This document shows positions 36,413 through 45,879 of a stretch of 52,337 nt of DNA, piece after piece. The position numbers and the translations under genes are program-made. How positions within the stretch are numbered: position 1 is the first letter of the stretch; each line of letters begins with the position of its first letter. The stretch is from Bacteroidia bacterium. Lineage in GTDB: Bacteria; Bacteroidota; Bacteroidia; UKL13-3. The DNA lies in assembly GCA_044377255.1 (NCBI GenBank), contig JBILJL010000001.1, positions 1-52,337 of the forward strand, given 5' to 3'. The notes beneath the pieces are model-generated. The model worked only from the letters and a program-made list of their open reading frames with translations. It did not search any database and was not told the DNA's origin.

Positions 36413-39400
36413 ATGAAATCTAAGCAATTACTATTACTTAAATTTGCCTTTGTTTTGGCTTTGTTTCTTCCCGTTTTTTCTGCAAAAGCCTCCCATGTTA
36501 TGGGCTCAGAAATAACTTATCAATGCACAGGTACACCAAGTATTTATAATGTTACAGTTAAGCTATACAGAGATTGTCAAGGGATTCAATTGTGCGCAAA
36601 TTGCCCATCCTCTTTAAGCCCTTCGTGTAGTATTCCGTTAAATATAAATGGCTATGCCTCACCAGCTGGTTCCGGAGTGCCAGCAAGCCCTTGCACAGGT
36701 GTTAGCTTTGGAACGCAAACCCTTTCAGTTGTTAGTTCGGTAAGTGGGTTTGATGTGGTGCAATTATGCAGTTCCTCTAAAACTGTTTGCACTAATTGTG
36801 GCACCAGAACAGCAGGTACTTTTACTCCCGGTATTGAAGTATATACTTTTTATGGGCAAGTAAATTTATCTTCTATACCTGCATCCTGTTGTTTAGTTTC
36901 TATAGGTTACAATACCTGTTGTAGAAACAATGCAATTACAACACTAAATAACCCAGGGGGCCTAAATTTTTACTCTGAGGCTATCATTAACAGGTGCGCA
37001 ACTCCCTGCAATAGCAGCCCAACATTGGCATTTGAATCTGAAATTGTTGTACCTGCTGGAAATGATTTTGTCTTAAACCTTGGCGCCGTAGACCCGGACG
37101 GTGATTCATTAAGCTATCATCAAGGAGCTTCATTAACAGGCTCAAATACTATAGCACCTTATGTAACACCATATTCTCCAACTGTCCCTTTCCCATACCT
37201 AGGTGCTCCATCGCAAAGCCCGCCAGCACTGGCTCCATTTGGTATTTCAATGAATGTAGTTACTGGCGATTATAGGTTCAGGCCTCAAGGACTTTTTGTT
37301 GCACCTATTGTTATTGAAATAAAACAATGGAAAACCATAGCTGGTGTTCCAACTTTAATGGGTATAACAAGAAAAGAACATCAGTTTTATTCCCAATTTA
37401 TGCCTGCGAATAATGCGCCAACAATAGTATTATATCGCGATTCTAGCACTCAAACCATTAGTACATTTGACTATACCATTTTTGATACCATTTGTGTTGG
37501 TCAAACTTTTTGTAGAACTCTTGTAGCATCAGATATTAATACAGCTGATACTACAGACCTTACATGGAACCTGCCAAGTGCTATTTCTTCATCTGGGGGG
37601 TTGGTTACTCGATCATTTAATCTTGCAACACGAGCTATAAACGGCCCTCGAAAGGATTCAATAAAATTCTGTTGGACACCCCCAAATGGCGTTGCAAATA
37701 GTAGGCCTTATTATTTAAATGTTATTGCAAAAGACAGAAGATGCCCTCTCAATGCAAAAACCATACAAAATATTGGATTGGTGGTAATTCCTTCTCCAAG
37801 CGCCGTTATTAACAAAGTTTTTATCGATACCACCACGCGAAAATTTAAATACACAAAAACGAATGCCGTTTATAACAATCCAACATTAACTCAATGGCAA
37901 ATTGAAACAGGTCCTAAATCTAATGTATTTACAAGCTATAACACCGACAGCGTAAATAGCCATACTTTTACTAACAATGGGTGGCATAAAATAAGGCTCT
38001 TTTTGGCAGGTAATTGTGCCTCTTCAATAGGTATAAATGACTCAATACTGGTAACAAACTTTAACCTAACTTTAGTGGAGGCAAAAAACATTATTTGTAA
38101 AAATACCACCTCAGGTAGAATAATTGTAAAGGCAACAGGTGGCTGGCCACCATACCAATACCAAATCAAAGTTGGTTCAAACCTTTATGCATTTGGCACC
38201 AATGATACCTTTAGCAACCTTACTGCCAACACCTACACAATCAATGTAAAAGACAGCCTTTCCAATACAACTGGAACCAATGCTGGTTCTTTAGTTGTTA
38301 CCTTAACCGAGCCTCTCAATTCCATTTCAATGGGAGTGCAAGTTAAAGGCGTAACTTGTAATGGCGATTCGAATGGAGTTATAACTATAAGGGCATTAAA
38401 CAATGTTGGCCCCTTTCAAGTTAAATTGGGAGCAGGTAACTTTCAAAACGACACATTATTTACAAATTTAAAGCCTGACGAGAGGCTTTTTACAATAAGG
38501 GATTCTATTGGATGTATGGCATCCCAAATTGTTACTTTTTTTGACCCCGCGGTTTTAATATGTAACGTTGATAATATTTCCCATGTAAAGTGTAAAGGTG
38601 ATTCTTCGGCAATAATTACAATTGGAACTACTGGCGGTGTTACACCTTATAAAATGCGAATTAATGGGTCAGCCTACCAAACAAATACAATATTTCTTAA
38701 TCAAAAGGCTGGGCCTAAACTTATAGAAGTTTCAGATGCAAATAATTGTATAAAAACCATTTCTACAACTATTAATGAACCATCAACCAAATTAACGGTA
38801 AGCGTACTTTCAAAAACACCTGTTTCATGCGCATCTTCCTTTGGATCAGCAACCTTATCAGCAACAGAGGGAACAACCCCATACAAATATGGCAGATTAG
38901 GTGGCCCTGCTCCTATTACTTCGCCTATAGTAAGCAATCTTGCAGCTGGTGTTTACACCTTTTTAGTGAGGGACTCTAACCTCTGTCGAGCTACCGTGAT
39001 AGATACCATTAAGTCTATTAGCCCTTTGAACCTATTGTTGGGCAAAAAGGATATTACTTGTAATGGCCTTCAAAATGGTATCATTACTTGCGCCACAACT
39101 GGCGGCTTGGGTGTGTATCTTTATAAATTGGATGCTGGTGCTTATGGCTCGTCAAATGTATTTACCAACGTTTCTGTAGGAACTCATACCATTACCGTTA
39201 AAGACTCCGCTCTTAAAGATACTTCAACCTGCGTAAAAACTGGCCAAATAACTATCAATGAACCTACACCACTTACCATCACAATTACTGGCACCAATAC
39301 CGCTTGCGTTGGCGCAAGCACTGGTACTGCTGAGGTTTTTGTAAGTGGTGGCAAAATGCCCTATACCTATTCTTGGAATACAAGTCCTATTCAAAACACA

Positions 39401-40333
39401 GCTAAAGCAACAAAGTTACCTGCAGGAAAAGTAATGGTAACTATTGCCGATTCTAATTCATGCCTTCGCAAAGATTCTGTTGTTATTGGGGCAAAAACAT
39501 TATTCAACGATGAAGCTATTTGTGCGGTATCTGTTGACTCAATTACCAATCAAAACTTAATAGTTTGGAACAAAACACCAGATAAAGGAACTGCTGCTTA
39601 TCAAATTTGGGTTGCACCAAATGGCACTGCCATTCCAACCTTATTAACTACTATTCCATATAATTCGCCTGCTGCTTTCTTAGACAATATTTCAACACCA
39701 TTGCCAGCCTCCCAAGCATATTATTACTCGCTAAAATCGGTAGATAGTTGCGCTAATACTTCAACATTGAGCTTTTCGCATAGGCCACTAAAGCTATCTA
39801 ATACTATTAGCGGCAACCGTGTAAATTTAAGTTGGATGCCTTATGCAGGCTCAGTAAGTATTAACCAGTATAAAGTTTACAGAGCTAACAATAATGGTGC
39901 CTATAACATCATTGCCACTCTTGCTTTTGGAACAAACACCTATGTTGATTCTTTGGGCGGACCAGGTACAAAACACTATTTAGTTGAAGGTGTTTATTCA
40001 CCTGCTTGTTTTGCTAATTTTAAAGTGCTTAGTAATCGTGTTTCTATTTATGCAAGTGGCTTACAAGAAGCAAAAATTGGTTCAAGTACCTACCTTGTTT
40101 ATCCTAATCCTAGCAACGGAAAAATTAGCATTAAAAAACAAGCAAATGGCCAAGATATCAAGAAGGTTGAAGTTACAAGTATATTAGGCAGCGTTTTGTT
40201 TGTAATCGAAAACGACAAACCGCTTTCTGAGCAAAACCTTGACTTGAGCCAAATTGCCGCAGGTACCTACCATCTTGTTATCACCAACGAAAAGGGAACG
40301 AAACAAATGCAGCAGATTGTTTTGCAAAAGTAA
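36413..40333 (+). CDS. Very large secreted cell-surface protein with SprB-type repeats, FN3-like region and T9SS C-terminal sorting domain
   Basis: ATG 36413 gives MKSKQLLLLKFAFVLALFLPVFSAKA. There are at least 6 repeats of the C(K/N)G..(S/N)G.I......GG..PY.Y type (for example NIICKNTTSGRIIVKATGGWPPYQYQI). The C-terminus is YPNPSNGKISI...GTYHLVITNEKGTKQMQQIVLQK. Confidence 0.8.
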   Translation: MKSKQLLLLKFAFVLALFLPVFSAKASHVMGSEITYQCTGTPSIYNVTVKLYRDCQGIQLCANCPSSLSPSCSIPLNINGYASPAGSGVPASPCTGVSFGTQTLSVVSSVSGFDVVQLCSSSKTVCTNCGTRTAGTFTPGIEVYTFYGQVNLSSIPASCCLVSIGYNTCCRNNAITTLNNPGGLNFYSEAIINRCATPCNSSPTLAFESEIVVPAGNDFVLNLGAVDPDGDSLSYHQGASLTGSNTIAPYVTPYSPTVPFPYLGAPSQSPPALAPFGISMNVVTGDYRFRPQGLFVAPIVIEIKQWKTIAGVPTLMGITRKEHQFYSQFMPANNAPTIVLYRDSSTQTISTFDYTIFDTICVGQTFCRTLVASDINTADTTDLTWNLPSAISSSGGLVTRSFNLATRAINGPRKDSIKFCWTPPNGVANSRPYYLNVIAKDRRCPLNAKTIQNIGLVVIPSPSAVINKVFIDTTTRKFKYTKTNAVYNNPTLTQWQIETGPKSNVFTSYNTDSVNSHTFTNNGWHKIRLFLAGNCASSIGINDSILVTNFNLTLVEAKNIICKNTTSGRIIVKATGGWPPYQYQIKVGSNLYAFGTNDTFSNLTANTYTINVKDSLSNTTGTNAGSLVVTLTEPLNSISMGVQVKGVTCNGDSNGVITIRALNNVGPFQVKLGAGNFQNDTLFTNLKPDERLFTIRDSIGCMASQIVTFFDPAVLICNVDNISHVKCKGDSSAIITIGTTGGVTPYKMRINGSAYQTNTIFLNQKAGPKLIEVSDANNCIKTISTTINEPSTKLTVSVLSKTPVSCASSFGSATLSATEGTTPYKYGRLGGPAPITSPIVSNLAAGVYTFLVRDSNLCRATVIDTIKSISPLNLLLGKKDITCNGLQNGIITCATTGGLGVYLYKLDAGAYGSSNVFTNVSVGTHTITVKDSALKDTSTCVKTGQITINEPTPLTITITGTNTACVGASTGTAEVFVSGGKMPYTYSWNTSPIQNTAKATKLPAGKVMVTIADSNSCLRKDSVVIGAKTLFNDEAICAVSVDSITNQNLIVWNKTPDKGTAAYQIWVAPNGTAIPTLLTTIPYNSPAAFLDNISTPLPASQAYYYSLKSVDSCANTSTLSFSHRPLKLSNTISGNRVNLSWMPYAGSVSINQYKVYRANNNGAYNIIATLAFGTNTYVDSLGGPGTKHYLVEGVYSPACFANFKVLSNRVSIYASGLQEAKIGSSTYLVYPNPSNGKISIKKQANGQDIKKVEVTSILGSVLFVIENDKPLSEQNLDLSQIAAGTYHLVITNEKGTKQMQQIVLQK

Positions 40334-40343
40334 GAGTGGAATA

Positions 40344-40421
40344 ACCCGGGTGAAATTTGTGTTAAATGTTTAAGGGCGTCCGCCAGACGGCGGATTCGCC
40401 CCTACGAATCTTAACCCGGGT
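40344..40421. repeat. GC-rich nested palindromic structure
   Basis: The self-complementary octamer ACCCGGGT occurs at 40344-40351 and 40414-40421. It brackets the hairpin GGGCG-TCCGCC-AGAC-GGCGGA-TT-CGCCC at 40374-40401. The structure begins 11 nt after the SprB-like stop. Confidence 0.6.
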
Positions 40422-40434
40422 AAACGGAATTTAA

Positions 40435-40614
40435 GGGCGAAACATTTTTCGCCCTCACTCTTTTAAGGCAAATGATTCCTTTTTACTCAAGGTTATTTCG
40501 TGGGTATTGTAACAGGGCGAAATATTTTTCGCCCTCACTCTTTTAAGGCAAATGATTCCTTTTTACTCAAGGTTATTTCGTGGGTATTGTAACAGGGCGA
40601 AATATTTTTCGCCC
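40435..40614. repeat. Tandem 80-bp direct repeat (2 full copies plus a third hairpin-only copy), each headed by the hairpin GGGCGAAA-NATT-TTTCGCCC
   Basis: Copies at 40435-40514 and 40515-40594 differ at one base (C/T in the hairpin loop). The third hairpin is at 40595-40614. With flanks it forms a 14-bp stem GTAACAGGGCGAAA/TTTCGCCCTGTTAC that contains the metG stop codon. Confidence 0.9.
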
Positions 40615-40616
40615 TG

Positions 40617-42698
40617 TTACTTCACCGCGCTTCCCGGTTCGATGTCTTGTTCGGGACCTACGCTATATAATTTGCCAAAATCGTTTCCGGCCATCAACAG
40701 CATTCCTTGGCTTTCTATGCCGCGAATTTTACGAGGGGCCAAATTTGCCACCACCGTTACCAATTTTCCTATGAGCTCCTCGGGCTTATAATACTCGGCA
40801 ATGCCACTCAATATTGTGCGCTGTTCATATCCTAAGTCTACAGTTAGTTTCAACAGTTTATCTGCTTTAGGTACTTTTTCTGCTTCAATAACTTTACCCA
40901 CGCGCAAATCTAATTTCTCAAAATCTTCATAGGTAATGTCGGCCTTTTTTTCGGTTATGCTTTTGGCCATTGGTTCTTGGCTGTTGGCCTTTTTTATTTC
41001 TTCTAAACGCAACAATTGTTTGGCAATATCTTCGTCTTCTACTTGCTTATAAAGTATAGATGCCTTGCCCAATTGGTGGCCAGAGTTGAGTATGATTTCA
41101 TTTTGCAACAAACTCCAATTTTTATCTTGGGTATTTAACATGCCCAATAAGTTATCTGTTGTATGTGGTAAAAACGGCTGGGCGGCAATGGCAAGCTTGG
41201 CGCAAATCTGCAAGGCATCAAACAAAATATGCTTCACACTTTCCTCATCTGTTTTTATCAGTTTCCAAGGTTCGGTATCGGCCAAAAATTTGTTGCCAGC
41301 TCTAGCAATATTGATGAAATCTGCTTGGGCATCTCTAAGCTTAATCGACTCCAAATTTTTCTGCATCATGTCAATACTTTTTGCAACCTGTTCCATGCAT
41401 AAGTTTCTGGCGGCAATCAATTTTTCATCAGTTAAATCACTAGCAACAGTTGGGATCAAACCGCCATAATATTTATCTGATAACACCAAAACACGGTTAA
41501 CAAAATTGCCGAAGATGCTTACCAGTTCGCTATTTACACGTGTTTGATAATCTTTCCAAGTAAACTCACTGTCTTTGGTTTCTGGCGCAATACTCGTTAA
41601 CACATAACGTAATTCATCTTGCTTATCTGGAAAATCAATTAAATATTCATGCAACCAAACTGCCCAGTTTCTACTGGTTGAAATTTTATCACCCTCAAGG
41701 TTCAAAAACTCATTTGCTGGAACATTGCTAGGCAAAATAAATTTACCGTGAGTCATCAACATCATTGGGAAAATAATGGCATGAAAAACAATATTGTCTT
41801 TGCCAATAAAATGAATCAATGCGGTATCATCATCTTGCCACCATTTTGTCCATTCGCTTGCTTCATTTTGTTTATTCAAATACTCTTTGGTGGCGCTGAT
41901 ATAGCCAATTGGCGCATCAAACCATACGTAAAGCACCTTGCCATCTGCCCCTTCAATTGGAACTGGAACTCCCCAATCTAAATCTCTGGTCATGGCCCTG
42001 CTCTGCAAGCCCTCTGTTAGCCAACTATTGCACTGACCTTTGATGTTCGATTTCCAATCATCAAATCGTTTGATATAATTTTGAAAATCTTCAGATTGTT
42101 GAATTTCGCCCATAGGCAAAAACCAGTTTTTTGTTTCATTTAAAACGGGTGCAGCACCACTTAAGGCAGATTTAGGATTTATTAAATCTGTTGGACTTAA
42201 AGCTGTACCGCATTTCTCACACTGATCTCCGTATGCACCAGGATTTCCGCAACGAGGGCAGGTTCCAGTAATATACCTGTCGGCTAAAAATTGTTTAGCC
42301 TCTTTATCATAATACTGCTTAGTAATTTCCTCTTTAAAAACACCCTTATCATACAAAGTCCTAAAAAAATCTTGGGCAGTATCGTGGTGTGTTTTTGAGC
42401 TTGTTCTACCATAATAAGTAAAGTCGATCCCAAACTTTTTGAAAGCATTTTTCATGATGCCATCATATTTATCAACCACCTGTTGTGGCGTTATCCCTTC
42501 CTTCTTTGCTTTAATGGTTATAGGAACACCATGCTCATCGCTACCACAAATATATAATACATCCTTTCCTGCTGCTTTTAGGTAACGCACGTATATATCG
42601 GCAGGTAAATAACAACCAGCTAAATGACCAATATGAACCGGACCATTGGCATAAGGCAATGCGGCGGTAACTAAATATCTCTTAAAATTCTTGCTCAT
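40617..42698 (-). CDS. metG: Methionyl-tRNA synthetase with C-terminal tRNA-binding (Trbp111/EMAP-like) domain
   Basis: From ATG 42698: [28 protein letters not shown] (HIGH). It has the zinc knuckle [23 protein letters not shown] (KMSKS-type), and a C-terminal [23 protein letters not shown]. Confidence 0.95.
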   Translation of the reverse strand: MSKNFKRYLVTAALPYANGPVHIGHLAGCYLPADIYVRYLKAAGKDVLYICGSDEHGVPITIKAKKEGITPQQVVDKYDGIMKNAFKKFGIDFTYYGRTSSKTHHDTAQDFFRTLYDKGVFKEEITKQYYDKEAKQFLADRYITGTCPRCGNPGAYGDQCEKCGTALSPTDLINPKSALSGAAPVLNETKNWFLPMGEIQQSEDFQNYIKRFDDWKSNIKGQCNSWLTEGLQSRAMTRDLDWGVPVPIEGADGKVLYVWFDAPIGYISATKEYLNKQNEASEWTKWWQDDDTALIHFIGKDNIVFHAIIFPMMLMTHGKFILPSNVPANEFLNLEGDKISTSRNWAVWLHEYLIDFPDKQDELRYVLTSIAPETKDSEFTWKDYQTRVNSELVSIFGNFVNRVLVLSDKYYGGLIPTVASDLTDEKLIAARNLCMEQVAKSIDMMQKNLESIKLRDAQADFINIARAGNKFLADTEPWKLIKTDEESVKHILFDALQICAKLAIAAQPFLPHTTDNLLGMLNTQDKNWSLLQNEIILNSGHQLGKASILYKQVEDEDIAKQLLRLEEIKKANSQEPMAKSITEKKADITYEDFEKLDLRVGKVIEAEKVPKADKLLKLTVDLGYEQRTILSGIAEYYKPEELIGKLVTVVANLAPRKIRGIESQGMLLMAGNDFGKLYSVGPEQDIEPGSAVK

Positions 42699-42890
42699 AA
42701 ATATAAGGCAAATGTACGGCAAGTCTTTGTAATCAAAAATTCTTTTGGCGGTTTGAACCGAGACTTACCATCCTTCAATTAATTTATACTGCCAAAATCA
42801 AATTTAGCCTTTTATCAATTTGTGAAAGTTTTACTTGGAAACACGTAAAAAATACAGATATCTTTGTGATATCATTTTAATATCAAAAAC

Positions 42891-43745
42891 ATGAAACAAG
42901 AAAACACAGTTATTCCCAGTAGTGGCTTTATGATGCTAGGCCTTTTCTTCCTTTTATTTGCGGCAACCATTGGATTATTTTTCGCAAAAATGGTTGTGCT
43001 TGCAGTTTTAATTTTAGTTATTTCCTTCTTCATTTTACCGGGTTTTTTCATCAACAATCCCAACGAATCAACCGTGCTGTTGCTTTTTGGAAAATACCAA
43101 GGCTCCGCCAAAGAAGGTGGTTTCTTTTGGGTAAATCCCTTTAATACCAAGGCAAAAATTTCATTGCGTGCTAGGAACTTAGATAGCCAACCCATTAAAG
43201 TAAACGACAAACTCGGCAATCCAATCATGATTGGTATCGTTTTGGTTTGGCGAGTTTCCAATACCTTTAAAGCTGCCTTTGAGGTGAATAATTATGAGAG
43301 CTTTGTTAAAATCCAAAGTGAGGCTGCTATCAGAAAACTAGCTGGGACATATCCTTATGATAATTTTGACGACGAACAAGCGGAAATCTCCTTGCGTTCT
43401 GGAAACAATGAAGTGCACGAAGAACTCATGCGCGAATTAACAGAAAGGTTAACCTTTGCAGGAATAGAAGTTATGGAAGCAAGAATAAGTAATTTGGCTT
43501 ATGCACAAGAAATTGCGGGAGCCATGTTACAAAGACAACAAGCTACGGCAATTGTTGCAGCCAGAACCAAAATAGTTGAAGGTGCCGTTGGCATGGTAGA
43601 TCTTGCATTAAAAGCATTGTCGCAAAAAAATATCATCGAATTAGACGACGATAAAAAAGCCGCAATGGTTAGTAATTTAATGGTAGTGCTTTGCAGCGAT
43701 AAATCGGCAAACCCTGTAATCAATGCTGGAACTCTCAATCACTAA
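42891..43745 (+). CDS. SPFH / band-7 family membrane protein
   Basis: Two N-terminal TM helices, then VLLLFGKYQGSAKEGGFFWVNPF...QPIKVNDKLGNPIMIGIVLVWRV...AQEIAGAMLQRQQA. Confidence 0.8.
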   Translation: MKQENTVIPSSGFMMLGLFFLLFAATIGLFFAKMVVLAVLILVISFFILPGFFINNPNESTVLLLFGKYQGSAKEGGFFWVNPFNTKAKISLRARNLDSQPIKVNDKLGNPIMIGIVLVWRVSNTFKAAFEVNNYESFVKIQSEAAIRKLAGTYPYDNFDDEQAEISLRSGNNEVHEELMRELTERLTFAGIEVMEARISNLAYAQEIAGAMLQRQQATAIVAARTKIVEGAVGMVDLALKALSQKNIIELDDDKKAAMVSNLMVVLCSDKSANPVINAGTLNH

Positions 43746-43751
43746 ATTAAA

Positions 43752-44246
43752 ATGGAAAATTATTACGAAGTACAAAAATTTAACAAGTGGTGGATGAAAT
43801 TAATCCTAGCTGTTCCTATCATCATATTTGTTGTAGGAATAGCTCTTGGAAAAACCCAAAGTGAACAAGGAACACCCATGCTAATTTCCTCTGTGGTAGT
43901 AATTTTTGTTGCTGTACTGTTTTATTTTACCAAGCTCGAAACGCGCTTGGATGAAACAGGAATCACCATTCGATTCTTTCCTTTTCAACGTGTTTATTAT
44001 TACGTAAAGTGGGAAGAGTTGGAGTCTGTTCAAGTTCGCAAATACAAACCAATTATGGAATATGGAGGTTGGGGTTTACGTTATAGTTTTAGAAACGGCA
44101 AAGCCTACAATATTGCAGGAAATCAAGGCCTACAATTGGTTTTAAAAAGTGGTAAAAAGTTTTTGATAGGAACACAAAAACACACAGAACTAACCCAGTA
44201 TTTAGCTCAATTAAAAACTGAAAACCAAATAAACTGCATACTATAG
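43752..44246 (+). CDS. Small membrane protein with C-terminal bacterial PH-like domain
   Basis: Two TM helices, then TRLDETGITIRFFPF...GGWGLRY...GLQLVLKSGKKFLIGTQK. It starts 6 nt after the SPFH stop. Confidence 0.5.
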   Translation: MENYYEVQKFNKWWMKLILAVPIIIFVVGIALGKTQSEQGTPMLISSVVVIFVAVLFYFTKLETRLDETGITIRFFPFQRVYYYVKWEELESVQVRKYKPIMEYGGWGLRYSFRNGKAYNIAGNQGLQLVLKSGKKFLIGTQKHTELTQYLAQLKTENQINCIL

Positions 44247-44250
44247 TTTT

Positions 44251-44415
44251 ATGGCAGATAAGGAAAAGAAACCATTTGCATTGCGCCTTAACAAGGAGCT
44301 AATGGAAGCAATTGAAAAATGGGCTGCAGATGAGTTTCGCAGTACCCACGGTCAAATTGAGTGGTTACTTACCAAAGCAATAAAAGATTCAGGGCGAACC
44401 AAAACTAAGAAGTAA
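44251..44415 (+). CDS. Ribbon-helix-helix (Arc/MetJ-type) DNA-binding protein, 54 aa
   Basis: Not in the ORF track because it is under 60 aa. My translation is MADKEKKPFALRLNKELMEAIEKWAADEFRSTHGQIEWLLTKAIKDSGRTKTKK. The pattern F.LRL..EL...(I/L)...A....RS....I..LL is the RHH signature. It starts 4 nt after the previous stop. Confidence 0.7.
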   Translation: MADKEKKPFALRLNKELMEAIEKWAADEFRSTHGQIEWLLTKAIKDSGRTKTKK

Positions 44416-44421
44416 GATAAT

Positions 44422-45648
44422 TTATTCTACAGAGGCGGCTCTACCTGCTATAAAACCTGTGGTCCAAGCTGCTTGAAAATTAAACCCTCCTGTTATGCCA
44501 TCAATATCCAATACTTCTCCAGCAAAGTGAAGGCCTTTCACGCGCTTACTTTCCATGCTTTTAAAGTCAATATCATCTAGGTTCAAACCGCCACAAGTAA
44601 CAAATTCTTCTTTAAACGTTGTTTTTCCTTTTACTTGGTAGGTATCATATAATAAACCTTGAATTACTAAATTCAACATTTCTTTACTAACCTCTCCCCA
44701 ATTGGCATCCTCTTTAACTCCAGCCTTATCTAATAAAAAAGAAATTAATCTTTTTGGAAGTATAAACGGAAACAGCTTACCAACTTGCTTGCTTGGATTG
44801 GCTGCTTTTAGGTTAAAAAGTTCTTGCCTCACAGAATCTTCCTTTTTATTATCTAACCAAGAAATTTGAACCTCAAACTCGTAGTTTTTTTCGGCCAAAA
44901 TTCTGGCTCCCATAGAAGATGTTTTCAAAATTGCAGGACCACTTAATCCCCAATGGGTGATCAATACTGGTCCGCTGCACTCCAATTTGGTGTTTAAAAT
45001 TCTAACCCTAGCCGATTGTACAGCAATGCCTTGCAATTCAACAATTGGGTTGTTTGGAATATTAAAGGTAAACAAAGAAGGAACAGGAGCTTCTATTCTA
45101 TGGCCTAAGTCTTTAAGCCATTGAAGACCATCTTCTTTGGGGCTGCCGCCTGAGGCAACAATTATTTTGCTGCACGAAACTTTTTCGCCTGAATCTAATA
45201 ATAACTCAAATCCACCGTGAAAGTTTGTAAGTATTTTTTTAACACCCTTTTCAAGGATAATGGAAACCTTGCCTTTCTTGGCTTCCTTTTCTAGGCAATC
45301 AATAACAGTTTGTGAATCATCGCTAACAGGAAACATTCGTCCGTCTGGCTCAGTTTTAAGCTTTACCTTTCTTGATTCAAACCATTCTATTGTATCTTTA
45401 GGGCTAAACCTTGCAAATGCACTTTTCAGTTGTCTTTCTCCCCTTGGATAGCTCAAGGAAAGTTGTTTAAGGTCGAAACAAGCATGTGTTACATTGCACC
45501 TTCCTCCTCCAGAAACTTTGACTTTCTGCAGGACCTTAGATGATTTTTCGAAAAGAATTACCTCAGAATTCTTGTTTGCTAGGGCGCAATTGATGGCAGC
45601 AAAATAACCTGCAGCACCTCCTCCTATAACAACTACTTTATGTGACAA
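44422..45648 (-). CDS. HI0933/BaiN-family NAD(P)/FAD-dependent oxidoreductase
   Basis: 408 aa with VVVIGGGAAGYFAAI, SGGGRCNVTH and a C-terminal FAGEVLDIDGITGGFNFQAAWTTG. Confidence 0.85.
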   Translation of the reverse strand: MSHKVVVIGGGAAGYFAAINCALANKNSEVILFEKSSKVLQKVKVSGGGRCNVTHACFDLKQLSLSYPRGERQLKSAFARFSPKDTIEWFESRKVKLKTEPDGRMFPVSDDSQTVIDCLEKEAKKGKVSIILEKGVKKILTNFHGGFELLLDSGEKVSCSKIIVASGGSPKEDGLQWLKDLGHRIEAPVPSLFTFNIPNNPIVELQGIAVQSARVRILNTKLECSGPVLITHWGLSGPAILKTSSMGARILAEKNYEFEVQISWLDNKKEDSVRQELFNLKAANPSKQVGKLFPFILPKRLISFLLDKAGVKEDANWGEVSKEMLNLVIQGLLYDTYQVKGKTTFKEEFVTCGGLNLDDIDFKSMESKRVKGLHFAGEVLDIDGITGGFNFQAAWTTGFIAGRAASVE

Positions 45649-45879
45649 TGATCTTTTTCTCCTTTAATTTGCAACTTCAAAAATAGGCAGAATGGGCCAA
45701 TTTTTCCCAATTTTTTAGTTTTTCCTAATTTTACTATATGCAATAAGCAATTGAAAGAGCTTGTTTTGTGTGATTTTAACAAAATTATCTTAAAGTTATC
45801 TTAAGATAGTTGTTTGTTGGTTTCACAAAATCATTTATGTTTGCCCATTAGCGTTATAAGCAATCAAAACAGATATAGA

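Noticed and set aside
40435-40614. Regularly spaced palindromic repeats that could be mistaken for a mini CRISPR array
   Set aside because: The 60-bp segments between hairpins are identical to each other, so the whole 80-bp unit is duplicated. There are no unique spacers and no cas genes in the window. This is a tandem repeat, not a CRISPR array.
40552-40791. Plus-strand ORFs 40552-40791 and 40580-40774 in the track
   Set aside because: They start inside the tandem repeat and run antisense into the well-supported metG C-terminal tRNA-binding domain. Their composition is low-complexity, so they are spurious.
32125-42698. metK and metG lying within 10 kb of each other as a possible methionine regulon
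   Set aside because: They are on opposite strands and separated by two large, unrelated T9SS cargo genes. No shared leader motif was seen upstream of metG, so the proximity is probably coincidental.
42872-43261. 129-aa minus-strand ORF overlapping the SPFH gene
   Set aside because: It is antisense to a strongly supported SPFH-domain CDS and has no recognisable motifs. It is a shadow ORF. The same reasoning applies to the other short antisense or off-frame track ORFs, including 556-756, 899-1108, 2694-2906, 2951-3259, 3869-5404 (several), 5613-5876, 6056-6400, 7839-8147, 12249-12455, 13906-14124, 15352-15564, 20794-21018, 21921-22163, 23402-23623, 24071-24652, 28383-30216 (several), 34587-35603, 37936-38937, 39984-40187, 41065-41981, 43499-43738, 45260-45451 and 45945-47302.
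45797-45808. Perfect 12-bp palindrome TATCTTAAGATA, with a nearby TTATCTTAA direct repeat, upstream of the DUF2723 gene
   Set aside because: Unspaced 12-bp AT-rich palindromes are expected several times by chance in 52 kb of AT-rich DNA. Nothing else supports a regulatory role.
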